Assembly (NCBI GenBank): GCA_043228905.1 | Contig: JBHGNT010000009.1 | Span: 19,096,001-19,160,000, forward strand | Source: Azolla caroliniana | Taxonomy: Eukaryota > Plantae > Polypodiophyta | Reading direction: 5' to 3' | Length of the DNA: 64,000 nt | Part shown: positions 50,007 to 62,279 of the stretch, piece after piece | How the letters are laid out: the number at the start of each line of letters is the position of its first letter | How positions within the stretch are numbered: position 1 is the stretch's first letter | Program-made: the position numbers and the translations under genes | Notes under the pieces: generated by a model | What the model saw: the letters and a program-made list of their open reading frames with translations, nothing else | What the model was told of the DNA's origin: nothing | The model's database searches: none

Positions 50007-50608
50007 TGATATGAATATGAAGCTAGACACAACCAATTCAATACCTGCAAATGAGAGATACAAAGATCAAGACAACGAACGATAGACAAGACAAAGTAGA
50101 AAGTACAAAGAAACTAATTTTTACGTGGAAAACCCTGAATGGGAAAAACCACGATAATCTACAAACACCAAACTATATCACTATGGTAGGAGGAATACAC
50201 AGGAGACTTTAAGGTAACAACGTTAAGCTCCTCTTCGTTAGGCGACAGTTACAACAGAGTTTCCACACCCTCACACCCTCTCCTACTCCTACTCACAAGT
50301 TACACACACTAATACACTAGTTACAATGACTACCACACATATATAACTACTTTCCCTAGCAATATTTATACTTATATACATATATGATTATTTAAAAATA
50401 TAACCCAATCGGATTCGGTAGATTCGGCTATTAACCGAATTGGTTATCAATCGATTATTGGTCAGTCGATTATTCTGCCTTGTCCGAGTTAGTTATTAAC
50501 TGATTCGGCTCGTCTCTTCAGTTAGTGATGAATCGGTTCCTTAAGATCTGAATCCTTGTGCAATATCCGAATTGTGTTCTTCCCATCCGGAGTGACCAAT
50601 TTTCCACG
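50007..50608 (-). repeat. Older copia LTR, probable 5' LTR of element B
   Basis: Shares GTGGAAAACCCT..GGGAAAAACCACG and CCCATCCGGAG.GACC motifs with the other copia LTRs. Confidence 0.7.
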
Positions 50609-52067
50609 GGGATGAATTTCTTCTACAATTAAAGATCTTGACTTTCAAGGAAATGACCTATAGGCGTGGGAAGGTGTTTGCACTAAGCATGGGAAGACGT
50701 TTACATTTAAAGTTGAGGAGATTGATTGTGTAGATCTAAATGTGGTGACACCAATTGTAATATTTACTATCCCTCATATTCCTTGGAATTTTAAACCTAT
50801 TGCAGTACTGAGAGCTCAATTGCCTCAATTGTTAGCACTGCTAAAAGATAAAGTTGAGATGAATATTTTGGATCCTTCTAACGCACTATACTCCAACCAA
50901 TGGTTCATCATTCCAAAGAAACATGGTTCTCTAAGATTCATTCAAGATCTACAACTAGTCAACAAAGTCACAATCCGAAATGCAGGAATTGGACAGAGCA
51001 TTGAGTAATTTGCAGAAGCCATTGCTAGGAAAGCAATTTACTCTATGGGAGAGCTATATTCAGGATAAGACCAATTTTAGTTAGCAAATGATAGTCATAA
51101 TATCATAACAATGGAAACACCAACTGGGTTGGTTCGAATGTGCACTCTTCCTCAAGGTGCGATAAATTCAGTTGCTCATATGATGAATGCAATGAACAAA
51201 GCTCTACATGAGTACATCCCAAAGGTAACTATGCCATTTTTGGATGATGTTCCTATTAAGGGATGTTTAGAAAGAGAGAAAGATGAGAATATGGTTGCAG
51301 AAAGTTTGTGATGGATCACATTAATGATTGTGAAAGTATTTTAAATAAGCTTGAGCAGGTACATTTGAAACTATAAAAAACAAAGTCAAGCTTTGGGCAG
51401 AATGAAGTTGTGATAGTTGGTCATATGTGTGGGTGGTATGGGAGGAAGCCTTCACCGATCAAAATTAACACAATTTACAAAATATGAAGTAGGTTTGTGA
51501 ATCGGTAATAGAGGTGAGAAGATTTTGCACATGTCTCAGATCCTCTCTACCAACTTTTATGAAAAGGGAAGAAGTTTATTTGGACTGACAAACATACACA
51601 AGTTGTTCAACAATTGAAAGAAACATTATTAAAAGCTCCAATTCTTCATCAACCAGACTACAAAGATGGAATACCAATTATAGTGACAGTTGATACTAGC
51701 CCGATTGGGATTGGTTGGTTTATCAACCAAGAGGATGAAGAGCACCATTGATATGCTATCATAGTTGGAGCAAATATATTAAATGATAGACAACGAAATT
51801 ATGCAAAAGTTAAACGAGAATTGTGGGGTTTGCTTACTGCATTAAAAATAGATAGAGATTACTTGATTAGAGTAGACGTAGTGGTTGAAACAGATTGTTT
51901 GCCACTCATCAGAATAATAGCAAGTTACCATCACCGAATATTGCAATGCTTTGGTGGATTGCATACATAAGAACCATGAACCTAGAATTATGGCATATAA
52001 ATGGTAAAGAGAACCTACTTGCATATATATTGTCAAGAGCAAGGTTCATTAATGAAAAGGTGATGCA
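50609..52067 (+). pseudogene. pol: Old AT-rich Phygy-like RT-RH fragment
   Basis: HIPWNFKPI, GSLRFIQDL, MCTLPQGA, PFLDDVPIKG, homologous to 18600-19930; many stops. Confidence 0.88.
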
Positions 52068-52547
52068 TGACGAGAAATATGCGGAATAATCTTCGGCCAC
52101 AACCGAAGCTTAGATCACTTGATGACAATCAAACACAAAAGAAATGGGAATGGAGGTAGGTACACAAATAGAGAGAGAATACACATGATGTTAACGTGGA
52201 AAACCCTGAGAGGGAAAAACCACGGGAGTCCACAGACTCCAAACTATCACTATGTCGAAGCAATACAACTAGGAGCGCAGAGGCAACGACCTCTTGCTCA
52301 AAATCTTCGCCTGGCAACGGTTACAACAGAGACATGCTCTGTATCACTCACTCTCTCTCTCTCTCTCTCTGTATAGTCGTTACACCAATGATACTATCGT
52401 CTTCTTACATTGGGTTTGCCCTAGGTCATATTTATACTAATATGACTTTCGGGCTATTTACAAATATAGCTCCAGTGGGCTCTTTGGAACATATTTACAT
52501 ATATGTCCCTTTCATCCGGTGAGAGGTTTTCATCGGGTCTGCATCAT

Positions 52548-52817
52548 CCGGTTCTCACCAGGTCTTCCTTGCCGGGTACTCCACATCCGGTTCTCACCGG
52601 GTCTTCCGTTGCTGGGTACTCCACATCCGGTTCTCACCAGGTCTTCCGATGCCGGGTACTCCACATCCGGTTCTCACCGGGTCTTCTGATGCCGGGTACT
52701 CCACATCCGGTTCTCACCGGGTCTTCCGTTGTCAGGTACTCCACATCCGGTTCTCACTGGGTCTTCCGATGCCGGGTCCTCCACATCCGGTTCTCACCGG
52801 GTCTTCCAATGCCGGGC
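52548..52817. repeat. About seven 40-bp tandem repeats CCGGTTCTCACCGGGTCTTCCGATGCCGGGTACTCCACAT in LTR U3
   Basis: Unit starts at 52548, 52587, 52627, 52667, 52707, 52747 and 52787. Confidence 0.92.
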
Positions 52818-54496
52818 CTTCGTATCCCATCCAGAGAGACCAGGATCCTAACAAACTCCCCCTTCACTCCGGCATGGGATGCCTCGTCAATCCGATCAGC
52901 TTCCAGCATGCGTCTAGCTTGTTGGGCGTCAACACCTTGGTCAGCATATCCGACCCGTTCTCCTCCATGTGGATCTTCGTCAGCATGAACTCTCGGTCTT
53001 CCACTCGCTCCTGAATCTAGTGGTACCTCCACTAGATGTGCTTCGTCCTGGAGTGATACGTTGCGTTCTTCGCAAGGTGGATGGAACTTTGACTGTCGCA
53101 ATAGAGCCGGTATTCCTCTTGCCAGATCCCTAGCTCTTCGATGAAGTCCTTCATCCATAGTATTTCCTTGCCGACTTCCACAACCGCCATGTACTCCGCT
53201 TCCGTGGTTGACAACACAACCGTCTTCTGCAACCTCGATTGCCACGAAATAGCTCCCCCCCGCATATGTCATGACATATCCGGATGTTGACCAACTGGTA
53301 TCCGCATCAGCCGACATATCCGAATCGGTGAAACCATCAAGTTGGGGTTTACCTGATCCGAATCAGAGACACATACTTGAGGTTCCTTTCAAGTATCGGA
53401 GTATCCATTTTACCGCATTACAGTGCTCCTTGCCGGGATTGCTCATAAACCGGCTCACCACTCCGACTACATATCCGATATCTGGTCGGGTACACACCAT
53501 TGCATACATTAGGCTCCTGATGGCAGAGGCATATGGTATCTTCATCATATCCGCCTTCTCTGCCTTCGCCTTCAGGCTTTGCTTACCGGATAACTTGCAG
53601 TTTGCGAGAAGTGTCGATCTACCAAGTTTCGTATCTGACATGTTGGACCGCTGAAGCACCTTTGTCACGTCCTTCTCTTGTGACAGCCACAATTGCTTCG
53701 TCGGCTGGTCCCGGATGATATGCATCTCCAACATCTGTCTTGCTGGACCCAAGTCTTTCATTGAGAAGGTCCGGTTCAAGGCCTTCTTTAGCATCCGTAT
53801 CTTGACTTGGTCTCGTCCGACGATCAACATGTCGTCCACATACAAGAGGAGTATCACGAAGTCTCCACCTTCGAACTTCTTCACAAATACGCAGTGATCG
53901 GCCTGTGTCTTGTGGTACCCTTGATCGGTCATGAAGGAGTCAAACTTCCGGTACCATTGACGGGGAGCCTGCTTCAACACGTAGAGGCTCTTTTTTAACC
54001 GGCAAACCAGGTGCTCCTTCCTTTTCTTCACAAATCCATCCGGTTGCTGCATGTAGATCTCCTCTTCGAGGTCGTCGTGGAGGAACGACGTCTTCACGTC
54101 TAACTGCTCTACCTCGAGGTCCATGCTTGCCGCTATGCTCAGCACCGTCTGGATGGAAGTCATCTTTACTACCAGGACAAATATCTCGTCAAAGTCCACG
54201 CCTTCTTCTGCTGGAACCCCTTCACCACGATCCTGACTTTGTACCTTGGAGGGTTGCCGACATCTCCCAGTTTCAACTTGTACACCCACTTGTTTTGGAG
54301 TGCCCTCTTTTCTTCGGCAACTCCACCAATTCATACGTGTGGTTCTCATGCAGGGAATCCATCTCGTCCTGCATGGCACTCAACCACTTGCGGCTATGGG
54401 TGTCATCCTTTGCTTCTTCGAAGCTTTCCGGCCCCCCTCATCGGTCAGCAGCACATGCTCTACATCCGGAAATCTCCGGGGGGCCCTTCTCTCTCT

Positions 54497-57400
54497 TGTT
54501 GGGTTTACGGTCCCTTTCGGATGGGATGGTCGGATGTCGAGATGAATACCGACAAGCACGGTTTCGGTTTCGGAACCGGACGATGAAGACCCCGGTTTCG
54601 GAACCGGATGACGAATGTACCCGGAGCGAGATCCGGATGCAGGAACATATCTGTGAATATGTTTGCTATGGGCCCCTGAGGCTATAGTTGTAATTAGCCC
54701 CAAAGTCATATATGTATAAATATGACTTAGGGCAAACTGTTTTGTAGCTTGCTTATCATTTTTCTGTTTTTCCACTCTAGAGGAGTGAAGTGAGAGCAGC
54801 CGTGAGAGAGAGAGAGAGATAGAGCGTGAGAGAGGAAGAGGTCGACGCCTCTGTGTATTTCCGCCGCCTGTGGCGAGGACAGCGAGCTCAAGGTCGTCGC
54901 CTTGCAGCTCGCCATTGTATACTTCTCTGTATAGTGTTGGTTCGGAGTCTTGTACTCCCGTGGTTTTTCCCATCTAGGGTTTTCCACGTTAATCCCTGTG
55001 TTCGCGTTTTGTTTCTCTGTGTGGTTCCTATTCTCTGCTGCATCGATTCGCGCTTACTCGGTTGTGGCCGAGGGAAGAAGGTTAATCGAAGAGTCGATTT
55101 CCAACAAACTGGTATCAGAGCGAACTGCTGCAGAAAATGGAAGGCGGCGGCAGCGGGCAGCCGGGAATGATGGTGCTGAACGCGCAGAATTACGCCGACT
55201 GGAAGATCAAGATGGAGGATCTTCTGATTGTTCGGGACCTGTACGAACCGATTGACAGGTCGGAAATACCGAAGGGAGTACTTGAGTCGGAATGGAAGCT
55301 CCTGAACCGGAAAGCCGTAGCGACGATCCGACAATATGTCGATGTAAGCGTCCTACAACATGTGGCGAACGACACCAACGCATATGAGATGTGGAAGAAG
55401 CTGTCGGGCCTCTACGAGAGGAAGAATGCGTTGAACCGGACCTCCCTGATGAGGAAGATAGTGAATCTCAAGTACCGGGACGGCGAGAGTATGGTGGAAC
55501 ACGTAAGCACGTTCATGGGATTCGTGAATCAGCTTGCGGCGATCAAGTTCCCGTTGGAGGATGCAATGCAAGCCATCATCCTGATGTGTACATTGCCGGA
55601 AAGCTGGGAGAACTTGGTGGTGACTCTCAGCAACTCCTGCACCGAAGATAACTTGTCCTTACAAACGGTAAAGACAAGCATTTTGAACGAAGAAGCGCGT
55701 CGGAGAGATAAAGAACCGGCCTCCGATTCGAAGGCGCTGCTTACCGAATCGGATCGGGGAAGACAATGGAACCGGAGTCCGCAAAGACGGGAGAAGTCGG
55801 GGACCCGGTCGCAGTCAAGAGGAAGGCCCACATGCTTCCACTGTGGGAAGCCGGGGCACTTCTGAAAGAATTGTCGGCATTACCGAAAAGACAACGGAGC
55901 CGACGACACCGATTCGAAGAAGTCACCGGAGAGAAACGGTGCATACCGGGGAGCCACGGACCGGAGAGGTTCGGATCGGCGAGGGCAGGACCGGAAAGGA
56001 ACGACGGCACTCGCGGCAAGTGAGGAAGAAATCATGCTCATCACCGAAGAAGGTGAACTAAACATTGCCGGCGATGAGACGACCTGGGTGGTCGATTCCG
56101 GAGCATCGTTCCACCTGACCCCGGAGAGAAGATACTTCTCATCCTACACAGCCGGTGAACATGGCTGTGTTCGGATGGGAAATGAAGGTACGTGCCGGAT
56201 TGCCGGCATCGGAGACGTGTGGTTGACAACCCCGACCGGATGCAAAATGCTGCTGAAGGATGTTCGACACGTTCCGGAGGTTCGATTGAACCTGATTTCG
56301 GCCGGGAGGCTAGACGATGAAGGTTACACAGGTAGCATCCGGAATGGCGTAATGAAGTTCAGCAAGGGGAGCCTGATAGTGGCTCGGGCCCGGAAAGACA
56401 ACACACTGTACCTTATGAATGCCCGGTTATGTCCGGAAGAGCTGAATGTGGCAGCCGACACTGCCGGTGAGCTGTGGCACAAAAGACTGTGCCACATGAG
56501 TGAGAAGGGGATGAAGAGGCTTGCAGAAGACAACCTTATCCCAGTGAAGCAAGTGCACCTGGAGAAGTGCACCGATTGCCTGGCCGGTAAGCAGAACCGA
56601 ACCTCCTTCCATTCAAGGCCACCGACGAGACGTAGCGCACCATTGGAGTTGGTGCACACTGATGTGTGTCAGGTAGAAACGAAGTCACATGGCGGAGCCC
56701 AGTACTTCGTAACATTCATCGATGATCATAGCCGAAAACTGTGGACGGCACCGATGAAGACAAAGGACCAAGTGTTGTGCGTCTTCAAAGAACTCCACGC
56801 GAGAGTGGAAAGGGAATCCGGCAAGAAGCTGAAAGCGATACGAGCGGATAACGGAGGGGAATACCGGGGGCAGTTCCAGGAGTACTGTCGCTCGAAGGGA
56901 ATCCGACTCGAGTTTACTGTGCCGAAGACGCCGGAACTGAACGGGCTGGCCGAGAGGATGAATCGGACCATAATGGAGAGGGTCCGGAGTATGCTGGCGC
57001 ATGCGAAATTACCCAAGGGGTTTTGGGCTGAGGCAATGTCGACGGCGACATACGTGATAAACAGATCACCCTCAGTACCTTTGGACGGAGACACGCCGCA
57101 GAAAGTGTGGACCGGTAAGGAAGTGTCCTACCGGCATCTGAAGGTGTTCGGGTGTCTCGCATACGTGCATGTGGCAAAGGACCGGAGAGGAAAGCTAGAT
57201 CCAAAGACCCGGCCATGCATATTCCTCGGTTACGGCGACGACGAGTTCGGCTACCGAGTATGGGACCCGGTCGACAAGAAAATATTCAGGAGTCGAGACA
57301 TCATCTTCATGGAGGACAAGACACTCGCCGACTGGGAGTCGGAGAAGAAGATGAAGGGCTCCAAGTCGACCGGTGAGGATCAACTCTACGAGGAGCAGTC

Positions 57401-59805
57401 CCGACCGGCAAGGGACCGGTTAGCACTCGAGGATCCGGCCGAAGACGGTGAAGAAACAGAACCGGCCGAAGAAGATGAAAATGATACCGGAACCGGCCCC
57501 GATCCCGAAATGGATTCGGATGAAGAAGAATCGGAAGAACCGGTTACCGAAGCTCCGGAACGGAGATATCCTCTAAGAGAGAGAAGGGCCCCCCGGAGAT
57601 TTCTGGAACCAGAGCACGTGCTGCTAACCGACGAGGGGGAGCCGGAGAGCTTTGAAGAAGCAAAGCATGACACCCAGAGCCGCAGGTGGTTGAGTGCCAT
57701 GCAGGACGAGATGGATTCCCTGCATGAGAACCACACATATGAACTTGTGGAGTTGCCGAAAGGAAAGCGGGCACTTCGAAACAAGTGGGTGTTCAAGCTG
57801 AAACCGGGAGATGCCGGAAACCCCCCGAGATACAAAGCCAGGATCGTGGTGAAGGGGTTTCAGCAGAAGAAGGGCGTCGACTTCGACGAGATATTTGCCC
57901 CGGTAGTGAAGATGACCTCCATCCGAACGCTGCTGAGCATAGCGGCAAGCATGGACCTCGAGGTAGAACAGATGGACGTGAAGACGGCATTCCTTCACGG
58001 TGACCTCGAAGAAGAGATCTACATGCAGCAACCGGAAGGATTCGAGAAGAAAGGGAAGGAGCACTTGGTATGCCGGTTGAAGAAGAGCCTTTACGGACTG
58101 AAGCAGGCTCCCCGGCAATGGTACCGGAAGTTCGACTCCTTCATGACCGACGAAGGGTACCTCAAAACGCAGTCCGACCACTGCGTGTTTGTGAAGAAGT
58201 TCGAAGGAGGAGACTTTCTAATACTCCTCCTATACGTGGACGACATGTTGATCGTCGGACGGGACCAGGTCAAGATACGGATGCTGAAGAAGGCTCTTCA
58301 CCGAACCTTCTCAATGAAGGACCTGGGTCCGGCGAGGCAAATACTAGGGATGCACATCATCCGGGACCGGAAGAAGAAGCAGTTGTGGCTGTCACAGGAG
58401 AAGTACGTGACGAAGGTGCTTCACCGGTTCAACATGTCGGAAGCAAGACCGGTCGGATCGACCCTCCCGGCAAACTGCAAGCTGTCCAGCAAGCAAAGTC
58501 CCAAGACAAAGGCTGAAAAGGAGGATATGATGAAAGTGCCGTATGCCTCAGCCGTCGGGAGCTTGATGTACGCGATGGTGTGTACCCGACCGGACATAGG
58601 ATATGCAGTCGGAGTGGTGAGCCGGTACATGAGCAATCCCGGCAAAGAGCATTGGAACGCGGCCAAGTGGATACTCCGATACCTGAAGGGCACGGCAAAC
58701 GTGTGCCTCCGATTCGGCTCCGGTAAGCCCGAACTCGACGGCTTCACCGATTCGGATATGTCGGCTGATGCAGATACCAGCCGGTCCACATCTGGGTATG
58801 TGATGACGTATGCAGGGGGAGCTGTTTCATGGCAGTCGAGACTGCAGAAGACGGTTGCGTTGTCAACCACGGAGGCGGAGTACATGGCAGCTGTTGAAGC
58901 CGGCAAGGAAATAATATGGATGAAGGACTTCATTAGAGAGCTCGGGATCCGACAGGAGGAGTACCGACTCTACTGCGATAGTCAGAGCGCCATCCACCTT
59001 GCAAAGAACGCGGCCTACCATTCCCGGACGAAACACATCCAGCGCAGATATCACTGGATCCGGGAAAGGATAGAAGACAAGGAGTTCGTGCTGACGAAGA
59101 TCCACACGGACGAGAACGGGTCGGATATGCTGACCAAGGTGCTCACACCCGACAAGCTGGAAGCATGTCGGAAGAGGATCGGATTGGAGAGACATCCCAT
59201 GCCGAAGTGAAGGGGGAGTTTGTTGGGTTTACGGTCCCTTTCGGATGGGATGGTCGGATGTCGAAGATGAATACCGACAAGCCCGGTTTCGGTTTCGGAA
59301 CCGGATGACGAATGTACCCGGAGCGAGATCCGGATGCAGGAACATATCTGTGAATATGTTTGCTATGGGCCCCTGAGGCTATAGTTGTAATTAGCCCCAA
59401 AGTCATATATGTATAAATATGACTTAGGGCAAACTGTTTTGTAGCTTGCTTATCATTTTTCTGTTTTTCCACTCTAGAGGAGTGAAGTGAGAGCAGCCGT
59501 GAGAGAGAGAGAGAGAGATAGAGCGTGAGAGAGGAAGAGGTCGACGCCTCTGTGTATTTCCGCCGCCTGTGGCGAGGACAGCGAGCTCAAGGTCGTCGCC
59601 TTGCAGCTCGCCATTGTATACTTCTCTGTATAGTGTTGGTTCGGAGTCTTGTACTCCCGTGGTTTTTCCCATCTAGGGTTTTCCACGTTAATCCCTGTGT
59701 TCGCGTTTTGTTTCTCTGTGTGGTTCCTATTCTCTGCTGCATCGATTCGCGCTTACTCGGTTGTGGCCGAGGGAAGAAGGTTAATCGAAGAGTCGATTTC
59801 CAACA
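54497..59805 (+). mobile_element. Young full-length Ty1/copia (Tnt1/Tork-like)
   Basis: LTRs 54497-55106 and 59221-59805; TSD TCTCT; PBS TGGTATCAGAGC 55110-55121; PPT AAGGGGGAG 59210-59218. Confidence 0.97.
55137..59210 (+). pseudogene. gag-pol: gag-pol polyprotein with one in-frame TGA (55863-55865) in the zinc knuckle
   Basis: ORFs 55137 and 56034 share a frame, linked by CFHCGKPGHF*KNC; VVDSGAS, HTD..D..E, YVDD, TDSD, TEAEY. Confidence 0.93.
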
Positions 59806-61636
59806 TCTCTAAGAGGATATCTTCGTCTTTTGCTTTTGGCAACCGGCTCCTCTATTTGTTCCTCATGTGAATCCGATTCGGGGTCTTGGCCGGTTCCCGT
59901 TTCAGCTTCCTCTGCTTCTTCTTCTGCTGGTTCGGTATCCTCATCATAACCGGTTGGTTCCTCAAGTGTCAACCGGCTCTTAGTCGGGTGGGTTCGAATC
60001 TCATCGGAGTTCATTATCTTCTTCCCCGACTCCCAGTCGGCAAGAGTCTTGTCCTCCACGAAGATAATATCTCGGCCCCGGAAAACCTTCTTGTCAACCG
60101 GATCCCACACTCGGTAGCTGAACTCATCATCGCCGTATTCGTGGAATATGCATGGCCGCGTCTTTGAATCAAACTTTCCTCTCCGATCCTTAGCAACATG
60201 CACGTACGTGAGACACCCGAACACCTTCAGATGCGGGTAGGACACTTCCTTACCGGTCGACACCTTTTGCGGCGTTTCTCCATCCAAGGGCACTGAGGGT
60301 GATCTGTTTATCACATATGTCGCTGTCAACAGCGCCTCGGCCCAAAACGTCTTGGGTAGCTTAGCATGTGCTAGCATACTCCGGACCCTCTCCATTATGG
60401 TCTGGTTCATCCTCTCGGCCAACCCGTTTAATTCTGGCGTCTTCGGCACGGTAAATTCGAGCCGGATTCCCTTCGAGCGGCAGTACTCCTCGAATTGCCC
60501 CTGGTATTCTCCTCCGTTATCTGCTTGAACTGCCTTCAGCTTTTGTCCGGTTTCTCTTTCCACTCTTGCGTGGAGCTCCTTGAAAACGGATAACATCTGA
60601 TCCTTCGTCTTCAACGGTGTGGCCCATAGCCTCCTACTGTGGTCATCTATGAATGTCACGAAGTACTGCGCTCTAGCATGGGACTTTGTGTCCACTTGAC
60701 ACACATCGGTATGCACCAACTCGAATGGTGCATTACGTCTCATCGGTGGCGTTGATCGGAAGGAGGTCCGGTTTTGCTTACCGGCTAGGCAGTCAGTGCA
60801 CCTCTCAAGATGCACGTTCTTCATCAGAATGAGGTTGTCATCGGCAAGCCTCTTCATTCCCTTCTCGCTCATGTGACACAGTCTCTTGTGCCACAGCTCA
60901 CCGGCAGTGTCGGATGCCACGTTCACTTCTTCCGGGCATAACCGGGCATTCATCAGGTACAACGTGTTGACCTTCCGGGCCCGAGCCACTATCAGGCTCC
61001 CTTTGCTAAATTTCATGACTCCGTTCCAAATGCTACCCGTGTAGGCTACATCATCTAGCCGACCGGCTGATATCAGGTTCAGTCGAACTTCCGGAATGTG
61101 TCGGCCATCCTTCAGCAGCAGCTTGCATCCGGTTGGTGTTGTCAACCACACGTCTCCTATGCTGACAATTCGGCATGTACGTTCATTCCCCATCCGGACA
61201 CAGCCGCGATCACTGGTTGTGTAGGATGATAAGCATTTCCGATCCGGGGTAAGGTGGAACGACGCTCCGGAATCGACAACCCACGTTGTCTCATCATCGA
61301 CAAGGTTCAACTCACTCTCCTCGGTGATGAGCATCAACTCTTCTTCACTTGCCACGATTGCCGTCGTTCCCTTCTAGTCCGGTCCCCTTCGGTCTTTACC
61401 GTTCCAGTCCGGTGACCGCTTCGAATCGGTACCGTTGTCGTAGTGTAGGTTGCACACTATGTGGAAATTATAATTTTGTCTCTCCGGATAGAGAATGGAG
61501 TGCTCGGTGAGAACCGGAAGAAAACTGCATACCGGCAAGGAGGAAAACGGCATACCGGCAAGGAAGAAAACGGCATACCGGCAAGGAAGAGCCGGATAAA
61601 GAGACATAAATGTAAAATAAAAGGAAATACTCACTA

Positions 61637-61704
61637 CTGCGCAGGGCGTGATTCGAACTCTGCACCTCCACGTTGACAAACCCCAACCTTACCATTACAT
61701 TAAC
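61637..61704 (-). promoter_or_regulatory. tRNA-like A-box/B-box cassette in Phygy-like LTR (also 565-630, 13744-13810, 15211-15277, 21617-21683)
   Basis: Minus strand TAATGTAATGGTAA...GAGTTCGAATC with ~42-nt spacing. Confidence 0.65.
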
Positions 61705-62279
61705 TTATCTTAAGTGTTTTTAAAAATAGATTTAATACGTATAAGACCTTTATTTATGCATACCTTTATTAAAAGGTAAATCGTGTATTTTTTTAATATA
61801 TGAAAAAAAGAAAAACACGAGACACTAAAAATAACTCATGCACATCTAGCGTGCATGAGCCCTATACTTAGGAAATAAAAAAAGCATCACATGCACATTT
61901 AGTGTGCATGATCATATTAGAAAAAGCATGTAGCTATGCTTAGTCTCTCCCATCACTATATAAGGACGGGGAGCACATTGTAGTTGTTGTTGATTGTTTG
62001 GACCAAATATATTTTCAATACAAAAATTATTCGTGGGATTCACGATTTATACATCTACTTCTCTCTTAACACCCTAAGTACCAATTAATATAGTATACTC
62101 GTGTGATTCACGAGTTTCTTATCTTTCTCTTTGCTATTTACTCATAATTAATCTCTATCTCACGAACTTCTTTCTCCTAGTCCAAGACCTCTGTGGTTCC
62201 CACCCGACTCACGCAACGATCCGGAGCCGAAAGGCACGACACAGTTGGTGAACCCGACGTGAAGACGGGTGGCAAGGAG

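Larger units (their letters stand above)
52068..61435 (-). mobile_element. Copia element (Tnt1/Tork-like), minus strand, split by 54497-59805 and cut by the 61436 insertion
   Basis: 3' LTR 52068-52853; PPT 52854-52864; RH and RT 52870-54496; PR and IN 59806-61435 (ORF 59781-61355). Confidence 0.9.

Noticed and set aside
52548-52817. CRISPR-like regular repeats (also 46140-46325 and 2044-2300)
   Set aside because: Contiguous tandem units with no unique spacers, located inside LTRs or a UTR, no cas genes, eukaryotic context
52196-53014. Repetitive ORFs of 108-161 aa (also 43860 and 46056)
   Set aside because: Translations of stop-free LTR tandem repeats
57386-59195. Long antisense and alternate-frame ORFs over copia and gypsy pol
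   Set aside because: Shadow ORFs of GC-rich coding sequence with no independent motifs
61637-61704. Functional tRNA-Asp gene
   Set aside because: Acceptor and anticodon stems do not pair convincingly; only the A/B boxes are supported
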